Origin: a cyanobacterium endosymbiont of Epithemia turgida isolate EtSB Lake Yunoko
GTDB taxonomy: Bacteria > Cyanobacteriota > Cyanobacteriia > Cyanobacteriales > Microcystaceae
Assembly (NCBI RefSeq): GCF_000829235.1
Contig: NZ_AP012549.1
Coordinates: 60,001 to 92,000 of the forward strand
Reading direction: 5' to 3'
DNA length: 32,000 nt
Position numbers and translations under genes: made by a program. Under the pieces are notes generated by a model. That model ran no database searches. It was not told where the DNA came from and saw nothing but the letters and a program-made list of their open reading frames with translations. Positions 30,161 through 32,000 of this stretch are shown here, piece by piece (the stretch's first letter is position 1; every line of letters starts with the position of its first letter).

Positions 30161-31605
30161 AATAACTAGAATTGCTTTGAAATTTTAGGACTCAATAAAT
30201 TCCACAAAAAAAGTATATATTCCATGATCGATCATCCTTTTAGCTTGAGATAAAGCGGTATAAAAATTAGCCATTGTCTCAGTGACAAAAATAAAAAGTA
30301 CCGGACGTTATACCCAAAGAATCTATCTTAAACCTGGAGATATTTCGAAGTCAGTTAAAATAGTATGAATATTTATCATGATTTTATTTTAATATTAATA
30401 ATTTAATTAATATTAAAAAATATAATTTATTTTAGTTTAGCACTAATAATTATTAATTCTTGCTCTTTATTTTTATTTTCATAAAGTAGACAAAAAATAA
30501 ATTAATTATATCCAGGGTTTTAAGATTTAATAATAAGTGTGTAAGGTTTGCTTATTTATTGTTAGCCTTGAACACCATAAATCATAAAAAATAATTAGCA
30601 AAAAATGACAACTAACTTATTAAAAACTTTTTGACTTTAATTATACTGTATTTATGTTAACTTTAGCAACCTTAAAGCAAGTAATTTTAGTCTAATTATA
30701 GGGTTAATCTACGATACTATAACATTGTTGATAATTTCTGATAACGCAATATAAATTCTTCGATGTTTAATCATAATGATTGAAAGTTAACTATGATGAA
30801 TTCTCGATTTGGTATATAGTGTAGGTTCAACTATAATTTAGTTAACAAGAAGTTTTTTTCACCACTAGGCTAATTGATTTGGAGTTGATGGATGTTTTCC
30901 AAGCTTTAATACTTTAAAATCAGCTGATGTACTTGCAAAACTTGTCTACGGACTTGACTTAAGGAAGTTGACACGTAGAATATTAGCTCTAGATTAAATT
31001 AATCACAATTGAGCGTAATTTGTATAAAACAACCTATTTATTAAGATTTTTATTTAAATAGAAATTATTATATCTAATAAGTAAATTAGTAAAATACTAG
31101 GCATGATATGCTTAAATAATTTATATAAATTTTAGCTATATTTTTTAGACAGTTGTTTATAAAAAATTTTTTATATAACCAGATTAATAAAAAAATAAAC
31201 ATAAGTTTTATGTATTTTAATAGGTGACAATAGCGGAAAAAATAATTAAAAATATTTTTTTGAAATAGAAATTAAGCTGCAATTATATTTGTTATAATTT
31301 ATCTTATAAGTTCTCTTGTCGGACCAGTTTATTTTAATAAAAAAGAAACCACGCAAACAGTTGTTAACGTTGGTACGAACAAGGGAATAAAAAATAACTC
31401 ACCTTCTGTTTCGTAATTTTAGTGAGATTTAAACTTTGTTACAGTTAATTTTGTACTTTATCTACTACAATAATAGTTTTATTTCTTAAAGCAGATCGTC
31501 ACTCCATTTTTAATAAAATTACGCTAAGTGAGCACTCTTTACTACGTAAAAGGTTTAAAATTTACTTTTAACTTCCTGAGAAAGGTTATTTAAAGTTTCT
31601 CTAAG

Positions 31606-31640
31606 ATTTAATGTATTTATCGTTGATCAATACATTAAAT
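31606..31640. repeat. Perfect inverted repeat, 12-bp arms, 11-nt spacer
   Basis: atttaatgtatt (31606-31617) and aatacattaaat (31629-31640). Same 12/11 geometry as 28424-28458 but unrelated sequence. Confidence 0.85.
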
Positions 31641-32000
31641 TGCAGCGCATGGATACCGCAATTACGATTTATTATAAGAGAGGTTGTTAAATTTTTATGC
31701 TGAGTAAGGCAACATTACCAATACGGTTAATATAATTAATTTATTCAATTTCTTATGCTCTGTCCTCTAGGTTTTTATTTTTTAAGAATTATTCCAGGTC
31801 AGCATTCAATTTGGGCTAAAAGTGGTTATAGTTATAACCTGTAGAATCAATTTATTCTATGATAGAAAGACAAATGGGGTGATGAGAGATAAAGATTTTT
31901 TTAACCAGGCTTAGATACTCTCATAACAGTAGTATTTAAAAGTAAAATTTATCTAGAAAGATAATAAAAATGTACAGTAAAAATTAATAATCGTATCCTT

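Overview
This is an AT-rich (about 30% G+C by eye) cyanobacterial-type chromosome segment in advanced reductive decay. About half the window is intact housekeeping coding sequence. It holds a 1982-aa TamB/DUF490 outer-membrane assembly protein, lgt, a LOG/PpnN-like protein, a CaCA Ca2+/Na+ antiporter and a DUF360 membrane protein. It also holds phosphoketolase (xfp) divergently paired with a glycolytic-type GAPDH, YgfZ, a beta-rich hypothetical protein, an ABC-2 (DUF990) permease and an SRPBCC protein. A 52-aa zinc-ribbon ORF is missing from the supplied ORF track. The other half is non-coding. From it I can reconstruct six pseudogenes or gene relics: an amino-acid-type solute-binding protein, a Gfo/Idh/MocA oxidoreductase, a CbiO/EcfA-type cobalt ABC ATPase, a CobU/CobP kinase, a TilS-like PP-loop N-terminus and unassigned fragments. 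Gene deserts of roughly 1-3 kb lie between them. I found no rRNA, tRNA, CRISPR array, intact transposase, prophage, or recognisable defence, secretion or biosynthetic cluster, and no convincing novel multi-gene system. The unusual signals are structural. (1) A population of long, perfectly symmetric inverted repeats with unrelated sequences (arms up to 27 bp); two of them sit on the 3' ends of genes. (2) A roughly 108-bp dispersed repeat with two clear copies and one possible copy. (3) Co-localised death of two cobalt/cobalamin genes, each with a nonsense codon inside its P-loop. (4) Short tandem duplications typical of slippage in decaying DNA. The gene content and decay pattern fit a reduced-genome unicellular cyanobacterium of the Cyanothece/Crocosphaera type living as an endosymbiont. 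That is an inference I cannot verify without a database search.
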